64,000 nt of DNA from positions 10,975 through 74,974 of the forward strand of contig CAYHAE010000006.1 of NCBI GenBank assembly GCA_964354545.1. The letters are read 5' to 3'. Positions 1 to 7,640 of this stretch are shown piece by piece. A program made the position numbers and the translations under genes. How positions within the stretch are numbered: the first letter of the stretch is position 1; each line of letters starts with the position of its first letter. Source of the stretch: an uncultured Planctomycetia bacterium (lineage in GTDB: Bacteria > Omnitrophota > Gorgyraeia > 2-01-FULL-45-10 > JAHFGN01). The notes beneath the pieces were generated by a model that made no database searches, was not told the origin of the DNA, and worked only from the letters and a program-made list of their open reading frames with translations.

Positions 1-1834
1 AACTCTTTATCGTCTCGCCCAGCCCCACCTTCTCTTGTTTCGCGGGTGCGTACTCGTAGTAGGACTTTATCTTCTCTCCCGGCTTCTTCTCAGGCGGGAT
101 ATATTCTGTCTCGTCGGTAAACGGCCTATATCCCTCATACTCTTTGCCGGGCTTATAGCGAATGTCCCGCTCGTCCCCTGTCGTCAATTCATCGCCGCTT
201 ATAATGTGCGGGGTGATCATGACCAAAAGCTCTGTCCTCTCGGTCTTACTCGAACCGCTCCTGAAGAGAAAGCCTATAACAGGTATCTTGCCCAATATCG
301 GGACCTGCTGATCATCTTTTGTCTTCTCATCCTTTCGAAGCCCTCCGATGATGATGGTAGAGCCGTCTTTCACCAGCACGGTGGTCTCGGCCATCGATGT
401 ATCGATGATGGGGATCGAGTTACCTGAGGGGGTGATAAGCGTATCGACGACGCTGGAGACCTCCGGCTTCACCTTCATCCTCACATATCCTTCGTCGTTT
501 ATCGTAGGGGTGACGGATAATTGTATCCCCACGTCGACGAAGGTCACCGACTCCGACACGGTGGTGGTATTCTGACCCTGAGTCGTGGTCGAAGTCACGT
601 ACGCCTGGCGCTCGCCCACGTGTATGCGCGCCTCCTGGTTGTTGACGACGGCCAATTTGGGGTTCGAGAGGACCTGGGAATTGCCCAGGGTCTGGAGATA
701 TCTGATGAAGAGGTCAATGTCCCGTTTCTTGGTGATAATACCTATGTGCATCCGCTCGCCGAGCGCGCGGGGACCCGCGGGTACCGTCGCTGTGCCGGTT
801 CCATAACTACTGGTGAACCCGCTGAACGGGATCGAGCCGACGGAATTGTCCAGCTGCGTGAGCACCTGTTCCCTGGACCTCCACGCAGCGGTCGCGGCCT
901 GCACCGCGCTGAAGGGGTATGAGCCGAGATATGCAAAGCCCAGATTCGTCGCGACATTCGCGATCCCTTCCCACTCTATCCCGCGCGACAGCTCATCTCT
1001 CAATTTCACTTTAATGATAGTGGTATCGATCAGGACCTCTTTCGTCTTCTTGTCCAATTCCGTCACGAGCGTTTCGATGCCCTCCATTCGCTCCGGCAAT
1101 GCCTGGACGACAACCTGATTCAGCCGCTCGTCCGCCTTGATCGATCCGACCTTCTTCGCATCCAATTGCAGCCTGAGCTGGTCCTCAACGTCCTTCGCCT
1201 TCGCGTACTTCAGATTGAAGACCTGCACCCTGTTCTTCTGTTCGAGCGTCTGTATGGCTTCCTCTACCCTCTTGATGTTCTCCGGCGTATCCATGATGAG
1301 GGCGGTACCCGAATCCGGTTCGACGAGCACCCTTCCGATATCGCTCTTCAGGGTATCCATCATGCTGAACGCCTGCTCCGGTATCGCGTACTGTATCCGG
1401 AAGACCTTCACCTGCCGCAGGTCCGCGAACCTCCTGCCATAGAGCGCCTTGTATTCTTCCTCCGTCATGACGTTATAGATGTCGCCCTGCTTCACGTAGG
1501 CGAGACCGTTGGAGCGCAGCATAAGATCAAACACGTCCTGCACCAACGCGTTCTCGACCATGAGAGTCACCCTGCCCGAGACGTTCTTCGTCGTGATGAC
1601 ATTGATCGCGATCCTCTGTGCCAGAAACTTGAGCGCCTCGACCACATCGATGTTACGCAGATCAAGAGAGATCCTGCCCTGCATGCCCTCGGGTATGACG
1701 ACCGGGCCGGCCTGTCCTTCCGCTGCGGTCGCAGGAACGGGCAGTTGGCCGTCTTGCGCGACCGTGTTCAAGGGTAGGGTTAGGAGCGCGCATACGAGCA
1801 GAAGCGCGATACGGTATCTCATGTGCGCCATCAT
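1..1834 (-). CDS. Secretin of the GspD/PilQ family (type II secretion / type IV pilus); partial, runs off the window start
   Basis: Hand translation (absent from the ORF track because there is no stop in the window): signal peptide, N0 motif ISLDLRNIDVVEALKFLA, N-domain motifs FRIQYA and FNLKYAKA, and LDKKTKEVLIDTTIIKV before the secretin barrel. The start overlaps the upstream stop (ATGA). Confidence 0.9.
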   Translation of the reverse strand, partial: MMAHMRYRIALLLVCALLTLPLNTVAQDGQLPVPATAAEGQAGPVVIPEGMQGRISLDLRNIDVVEALKFLAQRIAINVITTKNVSGRVTLMVENALVQDVFDLMLRSNGLAYVKQGDIYNVMTEEEYKALYGRRFADLRQVKVFRIQYAIPEQAFSMMDTLKSDIGRVLVEPDSGTALIMDTPENIKRVEEAIQTLEQKNRVQVFNLKYAKAKDVEDQLRLQLDAKKVGSIKADERLNQVVVQALPERMEGIETLVTELDKKTKEVLIDTTIIKVKLRDELSRGIEWEGIANVATNLGFAYLGSYPFSAVQAATAAWRSREQVLTQLDNSVGSIPFSGFTSSYGTGTATVPAGPRALGERMHIGIITKKRDIDLFIRYLQTLGNSQVLSNPKLAVVNNQEARIHVGERQAYVTSTTTQGQNTTTVSESVTFVDVGIQLSVTPTINDEGYVRMKVKPEVSSVVDTLITPSGNSIPIIDTSMAETTVLVKDGSTIIIGGLRKDEKTKDDQQVPILGKIPVIGFLFRSGSSKTERTELLVMITPHIISGDELTTGDERDIRYKPGKEYEGYRPFTDETEYIPPEKKPGEKIKSYYEYAPAKQEKVGLGETIKS

Positions 1835-2514
1835 CTCAGCTCGACCTCTTCTTTTTCGTAACTCAACACGACCTTATCCCTATAGATGGCCTCTACTTTA
1901 AACTCGCCTATCATCTGACCCCTCTTTACAAAATACGTTTTGGAAAACTTTGTATCTTCGATCATCGCGTCAGGATCGCTCGACCACGCGATCCCCACAA
2001 GCTTCAGGTGTTCGGTAGCCGAGACGAACGCCGAAGAGGGGGCCCCGCTCGGGGCCGGGGCCTCCTCCTTTTTTTTACCCATCTTGAAGATGTCCCGCTC
2101 TCTCATCCTGTCGATGTAGTATGAGAGCTCCTGGAGGCGCGAGGCCACAGGGGTCACCGAAACCTTTGCCCCTTCTTTGAGTTTTAAATGTACGGCGCGC
2201 ACGTTCTTCGCATTGACCGCCGACATGGTGACCGTGCTCGCAAGGGAGACGGCGAGGAGAAATACTCCCACCATCAAAAAATTATTGACGACCTTGATGT
2301 CGAGTATATCAAGAGAAAGGCCCCGACCGCCCTTGCCCAGCGCACTTACGCGGTCTTTCAGAAAAGAAAACCTGCCCAGCCACGCACCCGGCGAGAGGAG
2401 GCTCAAGCCCCGGCGCTTCAGTGCCCGGGATTGGACGCGCACATCCTTCGTATTCGTCTCTTCGATGAGCTTCAGTAGCTGTTTTTCTGGAGTAGCAGGT
2501 CTCTCCTGTGCCAT
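1831..2514 (-). CDS. GspC/PilP-like membrane-anchored secretion/pilus protein
   Basis: One TM segment; C-terminal HR-like domain LKLVGIAWSSDPDAMIED...FVKRGQMIGEFKVEAIYRDKVVL; lies next to the secretin gene. Confidence 0.7.
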   Translation of the reverse strand: MAQERPATPEKQLLKLIEETNTKDVRVQSRALKRRGLSLLSPGAWLGRFSFLKDRVSALGKGGRGLSLDILDIKVVNNFLMVGVFLLAVSLASTVTMSAVNAKNVRAVHLKLKEGAKVSVTPVASRLQELSYYIDRMRERDIFKMGKKKEEAPAPSGAPSSAFVSATEHLKLVGIAWSSDPDAMIEDTKFSKTYFVKRGQMIGEFKVEAIYRDKVVLSYEKEEVELR

Positions 2515-3344
2515 CCTGTCTTTATCTCCTCGTCGATCAGCTCTCGAATGAGAGCGGCGTCTATCACGAACTTGTTTTTCAATACCACGTGTTTCAATGC
2601 CCTGTGGCAGAGCATGGTGATCTGCCTGGGGTAGCCCCGGCTGTGTTGATAGATCTCCCTCAGCGCATCGTCGAGGAAGAGCCGCATGGTAGACTTGTAG
2701 CCGGCCTGCCTCAGGCGGAATTCGATCATCTCCTTCGTCTCGTCAAAGTCCAGCGGATTTAAGGTGTATTTGAAGCTGATGCGGTCGAAGAAGTTCGGGA
2801 TGTCCATGATCTTCGAATGGAGTTCCAGCTGGCCCAGCAGCACGAGCTGCAGGAGCTTAAACTCGTTCGTCTCATAATTCAAAAGGACGCGCAGGATCTC
2901 GAGGGAACTGTCGCTCAGCTTTTGGGCCTCATCGATGATGACCGTGACTATTTTATTCTCGGTGACGCCTTTTTGAAAGAGGAAGCTTTCAAGGGCATCC
3001 CGTAGATCTACTATGGTGGGCGCGCCGTCGCTCCCCGTGTCGGCGATATCAAAATCCTTCGCGAGGGAGGCGAGGAATTGCGCTTCGTTCTCAAAGGAGG
3101 GGTCCAAGACCATGTTGAAGATAAAATCATCTCTTTCCCTCAACTCCTGGATAAGTTTTCGGGAGAGCGACGTCTTACCCGTTCCCACATCCCCCAAGAT
3201 AACAGAGAGGCCCCTCTTGAGCCTGAGCTCTATGAGTATGTTCGTGAGCGCAGTCTCGTGCTCTTTCGACAGATAAAAGAACTCAGGGTCAGGGCTTGTC
3301 GAAAACGGCTCTTTCGCGAAACCCAATACCTTGTAATAACTCAT
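2472..3344 (-). CDS. ExeA/GspA/MshM-family AAA ATPase
   Basis: PFSTSPDPEFFY, Walker A GDVGTGKT, Walker B IIDEAQ, LLGQLEL, SRGYPRQI. Confidence 0.92.
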   Translation of the reverse strand: MSYYKVLGFAKEPFSTSPDPEFFYLSKEHETALTNILIELRLKRGLSVILGDVGTGKTSLSRKLIQELRERDDFIFNMVLDPSFENEAQFLASLAKDFDIADTGSDGAPTIVDLRDALESFLFQKGVTENKIVTVIIDEAQKLSDSSLEILRVLLNYETNEFKLLQLVLLGQLELHSKIMDIPNFFDRISFKYTLNPLDFDETKEMIEFRLRQAGYKSTMRLFLDDALREIYQHSRGYPRQITMLCHRALKHVVLKNKFVIDAALIRELIDEEIKTGWHRRDLLLQKNSY

Positions 3345-3359
3345 TATTATACCACTCCT

Positions 3360-3399
3360 AAAAAAAGAAAAACCTCATTCCGTATAGTGAAACGAGGTC
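3360..3399 (-). terminator. Intrinsic terminator in the 5' leader of the exeA operon
   Basis: Minus strand GACCTCGTTTC-ACTATAC-GGAATGAGGTT followed by TTTCTTTTTTT, ending ~15 nt before the start codon. Confidence 0.75.
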
Positions 3400-3535
3400 C
3401 TTGCACGAACACTCTCCGCCTGCGCATATCCTTCCATATGAGATTCGGTTATCCTTGTCTTCCGAGCGCAATCGCTCACGCAGAGCTATCGCTACTCTTC
3501 CTGGTTTCGTGAAGACAACGAACACCTAAATTAAG
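3400..3535 (-). ncRNA. Candidate structured cis-regulatory leader RNA, class unassigned
   Basis: TTGTCTTC (3518-3511) pairs with GAAGACAA (3462-3455) and encloses two hairpins; it lies directly upstream of a terminator. No known riboswitch consensus recognised. Confidence 0.4.
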
Positions 3536-3569
3536 CCAACAAAGCATGTTAACATAAGAGTCAGTTTAA

Positions 3570-3619
3570 TTTATCCTGAGCCTGTCGAAGGATTACCCTT
3601 CGACTTCGCTCAGGGTAAA
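3570..3619. repeat. REP-like palindrome (CCTGAGCnnGTCGAAGG / CTTCGACTTCGCTCAGG family)
   Basis: TTTATCCTGAGCCTGTCGAAGG..CCTTCGACTTCGCTCAGGGTAAA; related to 42137-42188. Confidence 0.75.
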
Positions 3620-3723
3620 TGCGACCTATATGTTAATAACTATTATTGGTCGCATTTAGAAGAAAATTTCGTTTAGTTTCTTTTAATATTGCTTGATATA
3701 CAATGATATATTCTAATATACAA

Positions 3724-3751
3724 AATATACCATAGAATTTGACTTTGTCAA
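3724..3751 (-). promoter_or_regulatory. Sigma70-type promoter for the exeA operon leader
   Basis: TTGACA-N16-TATATT with an extended -10 TG. Confidence 0.6.
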
Positions 3752-3835
3752 GGGAGGCAGCCGTAATAATATCCTCCGTGCGCGGCAGGACGCATCCCGC
3801 GCACGTAGGAAGTACTGCTTAAGGCAGGGACGACA

Positions 3836-4225
3836 CTATTTTTTGAGGCTCTTATGAGTTCGCAATGCCGCTTCAAGCAAAGCGTGCCCTTCTGTGAAAT
3901 CTGCACCCTTATAAAATACCCCGGAGATCCCATGGTCATACGCAACCTTTACCCTGTCCTGGTCCAGGTATGCGCTCACAATGATGACGGGAAGGTCCTT
4001 GTTGAACTGCCTGAGCTTCTTGAGCGTCTCGATCCCGTCCATGACAGGCATGTTCAGGTCCAGGAACACGATATCCGGGGCCTTCTCCTTGATGACCTGG
4101 ATCGCCTGCTCGCCATTAAAAGCAATCAAGACGGAATACCCTTTTGACTGGAACCAGAAGGACATGGGTTGCGTAAAATCTGCCTCATCATCGACCAACA
4201 GAACGACGATCTTCTTATTATCCAT
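3836..4225 (-). CDS. Single-domain response regulator (REC)
   Basis: LLVDDE, VFLDLNMPVMDG, VIIVSAY; no output domain. Confidence 0.92.
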   Translation of the reverse strand: MDNKKIVVLLVDDEADFTQPMSFWFQSKGYSVLIAFNGEQAIQVIKEKAPDIVFLDLNMPVMDGIETLKKLRQFNKDLPVIIVSAYLDQDRVKVAYDHGISGVFYKGADFTEGHALLEAALRTHKSLKK

Positions 4226-4250
4226 AGTCCGATCACCCCCTCGCAGAAAA

Positions 4251-5687
4251 TTATTCTGTCAACGGTAATGTAAAGATAAACTTTGTTCCGTAACCTTTCT
4301 TACTCTCTACCCATATCCTCCCTCTGTGCAACTCTACGATCTCCTTTGCGACGGTGAGCCCTATCCCCGTACCGCTCACATCGGTCGAAACCCTTTCTCC
4401 CACCTGGTAGAACCTGTCAAAGATCTTAGCCAGGTCTTCTTCTGATATCCCGATCCCCGTATCGGCGACACCCACTTCGACGACTCCCATATCGTTCCGG
4501 ACCTGCGCCTCGATCGTGATCTTTCCGTTGTTAGGAGTGAACTTGAGGGCGTTCCCTATTAGGTTATTTAAAACCTGGATTATCCTGTGCGGGTCGATGT
4601 GGAGTACGGGGATGTCTCTTTGAACGTTCTTCTCGATCGAGATCAATTTCGTGCGGGCCCACGTGCTGAAACTCTCGGCCGATTCGTTGATGATCTGCTC
4701 TATCGACGAAGGCTCCCATTGGAGCAGCAGCTTTCCCGATTCCAGCTTCGAGAGGTCGAGCAGATCGTTTATCAAATGTCCGAGCCTCTTCACGTTGCGG
4801 TCGACAATGGAGAGAAACTGTTCCTGATCTTTGCTGACGGGGCCCGTCGCCTTGCTCAAGATGAGCGCTATCGACTTTTCAATCGCGATGAGAGGGGTGC
4901 GCAGCTCGTGGGTAACGTTGGCGACGAACGCGGATTTCATCCGGTCGAGCTCTTTCTGCTTGGTGATGTCGCTTAGGACGGAGACCATGCCGATCGTCTG
5001 TCCGTTCTCGTTCTCTATGACCGCGCTCGACGCCCTGAGGGTCTTCTTTGTCTCATCGTCGTGGGCGACGACCTCTATCTCTCTGTCGTCCTCGCTCGCC
5101 CCGACCTTTGCCAAAGAGATGAGCTGTTCGTCCTTCACATTTTCCTTGACAGGCTTGCCGACCTTCTCCTTGCTCGAAACCCCGAGAAGCTTCTCGGCGG
5201 CGGGATTCATCATCATCACCTTGCCCTTCGAGTCCACCACCACGAGGCCCTCTGCAATGCTGCGTATCACCGCCTCCGTTTCCCTCTTCTCAGCGAGCAC
5301 CCTCTTGTATTTCTTCCACGCGATCTCTTCATTCTGGCTCTTTTCCGTAATGAGCGTCTCGTACTTCTTGTGAAGGTCTTGGACATTAAGGTTGACCCTC
5401 TTCGCCAATTCCTGAGCAAAGAGACCTGCGACCTTGTCGCTCACATTCTGCGCACGCGCATCAGACCCGACAACCGCACTTATCTCTTCGTACAACACCT
5501 GTTTCAAGTCATCGTCCCCGAGAAGCGAGGGGTCGATCCCCTCTTCCGCCTTCTGTCTTTCGGCCTTCAGTTTTGTCTGGGCCGTTACTTTCGAAATATA
5601 GAGTGCGTTCGCAATATAGTATAATATCAACCCTATGATAATGCTTACGATAACCGTAACGATATATATTGTTATGACCGGATCCAT
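4251..5687 (-). CDS. PAS-domain sensor histidine kinase
   Basis: N-terminal TM, PAS (MNPAAEKLLG), H-box THELRTPL, N/G1/F/G2 boxes NLIGNALKFT, DTGIGI, GTGIGL. Confidence 0.95.
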   Translation of the reverse strand: MDPVITIYIVTVIVSIIIGLILYYIANALYISKVTAQTKLKAERQKAEEGIDPSLLGDDDLKQVLYEEISAVVGSDARAQNVSDKVAGLFAQELAKRVNLNVQDLHKKYETLITEKSQNEEIAWKKYKRVLAEKRETEAVIRSIAEGLVVVDSKGKVMMMNPAAEKLLGVSSKEKVGKPVKENVKDEQLISLAKVGASEDDREIEVVAHDDETKKTLRASSAVIENENGQTIGMVSVLSDITKQKELDRMKSAFVANVTHELRTPLIAIEKSIALILSKATGPVSKDQEQFLSIVDRNVKRLGHLINDLLDLSKLESGKLLLQWEPSSIEQIINESAESFSTWARTKLISIEKNVQRDIPVLHIDPHRIIQVLNNLIGNALKFTPNNGKITIEAQVRNDMGVVEVGVADTGIGISEEDLAKIFDRFYQVGERVSTDVSGTGIGLTVAKEIVELHRGRIWVESKKGYGTKFIFTLPLTE

Positions 5688-5700
5688 AGGGTTTGCCTTG

Positions 5701-5725
5701 CCCTGCCCGCCTGCGGCAGGCAGGG
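5701..5725. repeat. REP-like palindrome (CCTGCCTGCCGGCAGGCAGG family)
   Basis: CCCTGCCCGCCTGCGGCAGGCAGGG; a perfect member lies at 37903-37922. Confidence 0.6.
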
Positions 5726-5796
5726 GTTTCGCGGCCTAAAAGAGAAAGTGCTCTAGGAAAAATTTATGGAAGATTCTTTGTCTCCGTACAAAATAG

Positions 5797-5825
5797 ATGG
5801 TAGCACAAAACGCGGATCAATTCAA
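5797..5825 (-). promoter_or_regulatory. Putative sigma70 promoter for the kinase/regulator pair
   Basis: TTGAAT-N17-TACCAT with an extended -10 TG. Confidence 0.45.
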
Positions 5826-5872
5826 CGTATTTTGCTCGGGGATTGTATCAGAAACGTGCTTCTTTTTCTTAC

Positions 5873-6053
5873 ACAGCCCCTCGTGTTATAGCCGTGGGCA
5901 GGACGTCCTCATGCAGTTTACCTGCAGGAGGACAGCCCCTCGTGTTATAGCCGTGGGCAGGGCGTCCTCATGCAGTTTACCTGCAGGAGGACAGCCCCTC
6001 GTGTTGTAGCCGTGGGCAGGGCGTCCTCATGCAGTCTACATGCAGGAGGACAG
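5873..6053. repeat. Tandem array of three near-identical 59-bp two-hairpin units
   Basis: Unit ACAGCCCCTCGTGTTATAGCCGTGGGCAGG(A/G)CGTCCTCATGCAGTTTACCTGCAGGAGG starts at 5873, 5932 and 5991. Confidence 0.95.
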
Positions 6054-6153
6054 ACTAACACAGATCACGTGCGGGGGGAGTGTTTTCACAGATGGACGCA
6101 GATACGATATCAGTGATCACCAGCGAGGACACGCGTGTACGCGAGATCGGCGG

Positions 6154-6864
6154 TCATCTGTTCCTGTCCCACCCGCCCGCCTTCGCCAGGAAATCCCGCA
6201 TATCGCGAGGCAACGCTGCAGCGAGAGATACCCGTTCTTTCGTCACAGGGTGCGCGAACTCGAGCGCTCCCGCATGGAGGGCGACGCGCCTGAATTTTAC
6301 GGGATAGTCTCTCGCAAACGCGTAGAGCCGCTCCCCCAGGAGAGGGTGAGCGATATCCCGGAATTGCCTCCTGATCTGATTTGTCCTGCCCGTCACAGGT
6401 TCGACTTCGACGACGCTGAATCCGGCCTTCCTCTCAAGGACCCTGTACCTCGTAAGCGCGAACTCCTTTTTCTTTTTGTTCCTGTTAAACAGGTAGCTCT
6501 CTAACGTCGCCCGAGAGGTTTCGAGCCTTCCGTGGACGAACGCCGTGTAAAGCTTCTTCACCCGGCGGGCTTTGAACTCGTCCATCATGAGTTTCTGGAT
6601 CGACTTGCCCTTCGCGTAAAGGATGAGCCCTGAAGTCTCTCTGTCTATGCGGTGGCAGGGATAGGCATTGACCTCCACGCCCTTCGAATCGAGGTACGCG
6701 TTCAAAAGCTTCGTGAGGGTACGCTCTTCCTTCTTCGGGGTCTCGATCACGACGAGGCCCGAGGGCTTGTTCACCGCAATGAGCCAGCCGTCTTCGAAGA
6801 CGATCGCGTCTCTGTCCAGGCCGGGTCCGGTCATATAAGGCTTACTGTGTCGCTCTTCATCCAC
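6154..6864 (-). CDS. RluA-family pseudouridine synthase
   Basis: VNKPSG, catalytic HRIDRETSG, TGRTNQIR, HPLLGERLY, ALHA. Confidence 0.93.
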   Translation of the reverse strand: MDEERHSKPYMTGPGLDRDAIVFEDGWLIAVNKPSGLVVIETPKKEERTLTKLLNAYLDSKGVEVNAYPCHRIDRETSGLILYAKGKSIQKLMMDEFKARRVKKLYTAFVHGRLETSRATLESYLFNRNKKKKEFALTRYRVLERKAGFSVVEVEPVTGRTNQIRRQFRDIAHPLLGERLYAFARDYPVKFRRVALHAGALEFAHPVTKERVSLAAALPRDMRDFLAKAGGWDRNR

Positions 6865-7640
6865 GCCATCTTGCCGTCAGACCTTCGCACCTTGGCCCAC
6901 TCCCCCTTCGATGCGAGGACGAAGACCTTAGTGCCGGCGTAGACCTTGAAATAGACGGTGGATGTATCGAAGGGCTCAAATCTGCACTCAGCCTCTTTTG
7001 CGAGGACTATCGCCGGCTTCAGGAACTCCCTCTCGTACGCCCTCACCCCAAAGGAGGCCATCCCTGCGGTAAGGACAAGCCCGGTCACGGCAAGGGCTGC
7101 CGCGAGCCCTTTCCTGAATCGATCACGACGGACGACGTAGAGCGCAAGGAGGAGCATGAGGAGAGACCAGGCCGCGGAGAGGAGCACGGTGAGGGCGCGC
7201 ATATCGAAGAACGACGTGAGGCCCTCGAGAAAAGCCATCCACCACGCCTTCCCTTCAACGGCGGGCGATTCTTCGATGAGTGACTGGGCATAGGCGAGAT
7301 TGGATTTCAGGTCCGCGTCCCGGGGGATCAATGCCTTGGCCCTTTCGTAATAGAGCACCGCCTGCCCGAGCTCACCGAGCTTGAAATAGGCGTTCCCGAC
7401 GTTGTAGTAGAGGTTGCCGCTCTCAAGGCCGCGGCCGGCTATCTCGTTATATCCGTCGATCGCCTTCTGGTATTCTCCCTTTTCGTAGGAGGAGTTCGCG
7501 TCGTAGAAGAGGGCCTCGTACGCCTTTTCCCTCTTCTGGTCCGAAAGGACCGGCGCAGCGCCCAAGAAGAACGCGCAGAGCGCCAGTATCAAAGGGGCCA
7601 TAAAGAACTCTCTATTCAGCGGATGGCGAGTGCGGCTCAT
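6831..7640 (-). CDS. batE: BatE-like protein (TPR + TM + SH3)
   Basis: LYYNVGNAYFKLGELGQAVLYYERA TPR, two TMs, C-terminal SH3; operon position. Confidence 0.85.
   Translation of the reverse strand: MSRTRHPLNREFFMAPLILALCAFFLGAAPVLSDQKREKAYEALFYDANSSYEKGEYQKAIDGYNEIAGRGLESGNLYYNVGNAYFKLGELGQAVLYYERAKALIPRDADLKSNLAYAQSLIEESPAVEGKAWWMAFLEGLTSFFDMRALTVLLSAAWSLLMLLLALYVVRRDRFRKGLAAALAVTGLVLTAGMASFGVRAYEREFLKPAIVLAKEAECRFEPFDTSTVYFKVYAGTKVFVLASKGEWAKVRRSDGKMAWMKSDTVSLI

Noticed and set aside
3400-3535. Assignment of the leader to c-di-GMP-I/II, c-di-AMP, yybP-ykoY, ykkC or T-box classes
   Set aside because: Only fragments (GAGTAGC, GCAAGGACC) resemble them and the core consensus elements are missing, so the leader is left unassigned.
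5873-6053. 59-bp array as a CRISPR array
   Set aside because: The units are near-identical end to end, with no unique spacers, and there are no cas genes in the window.
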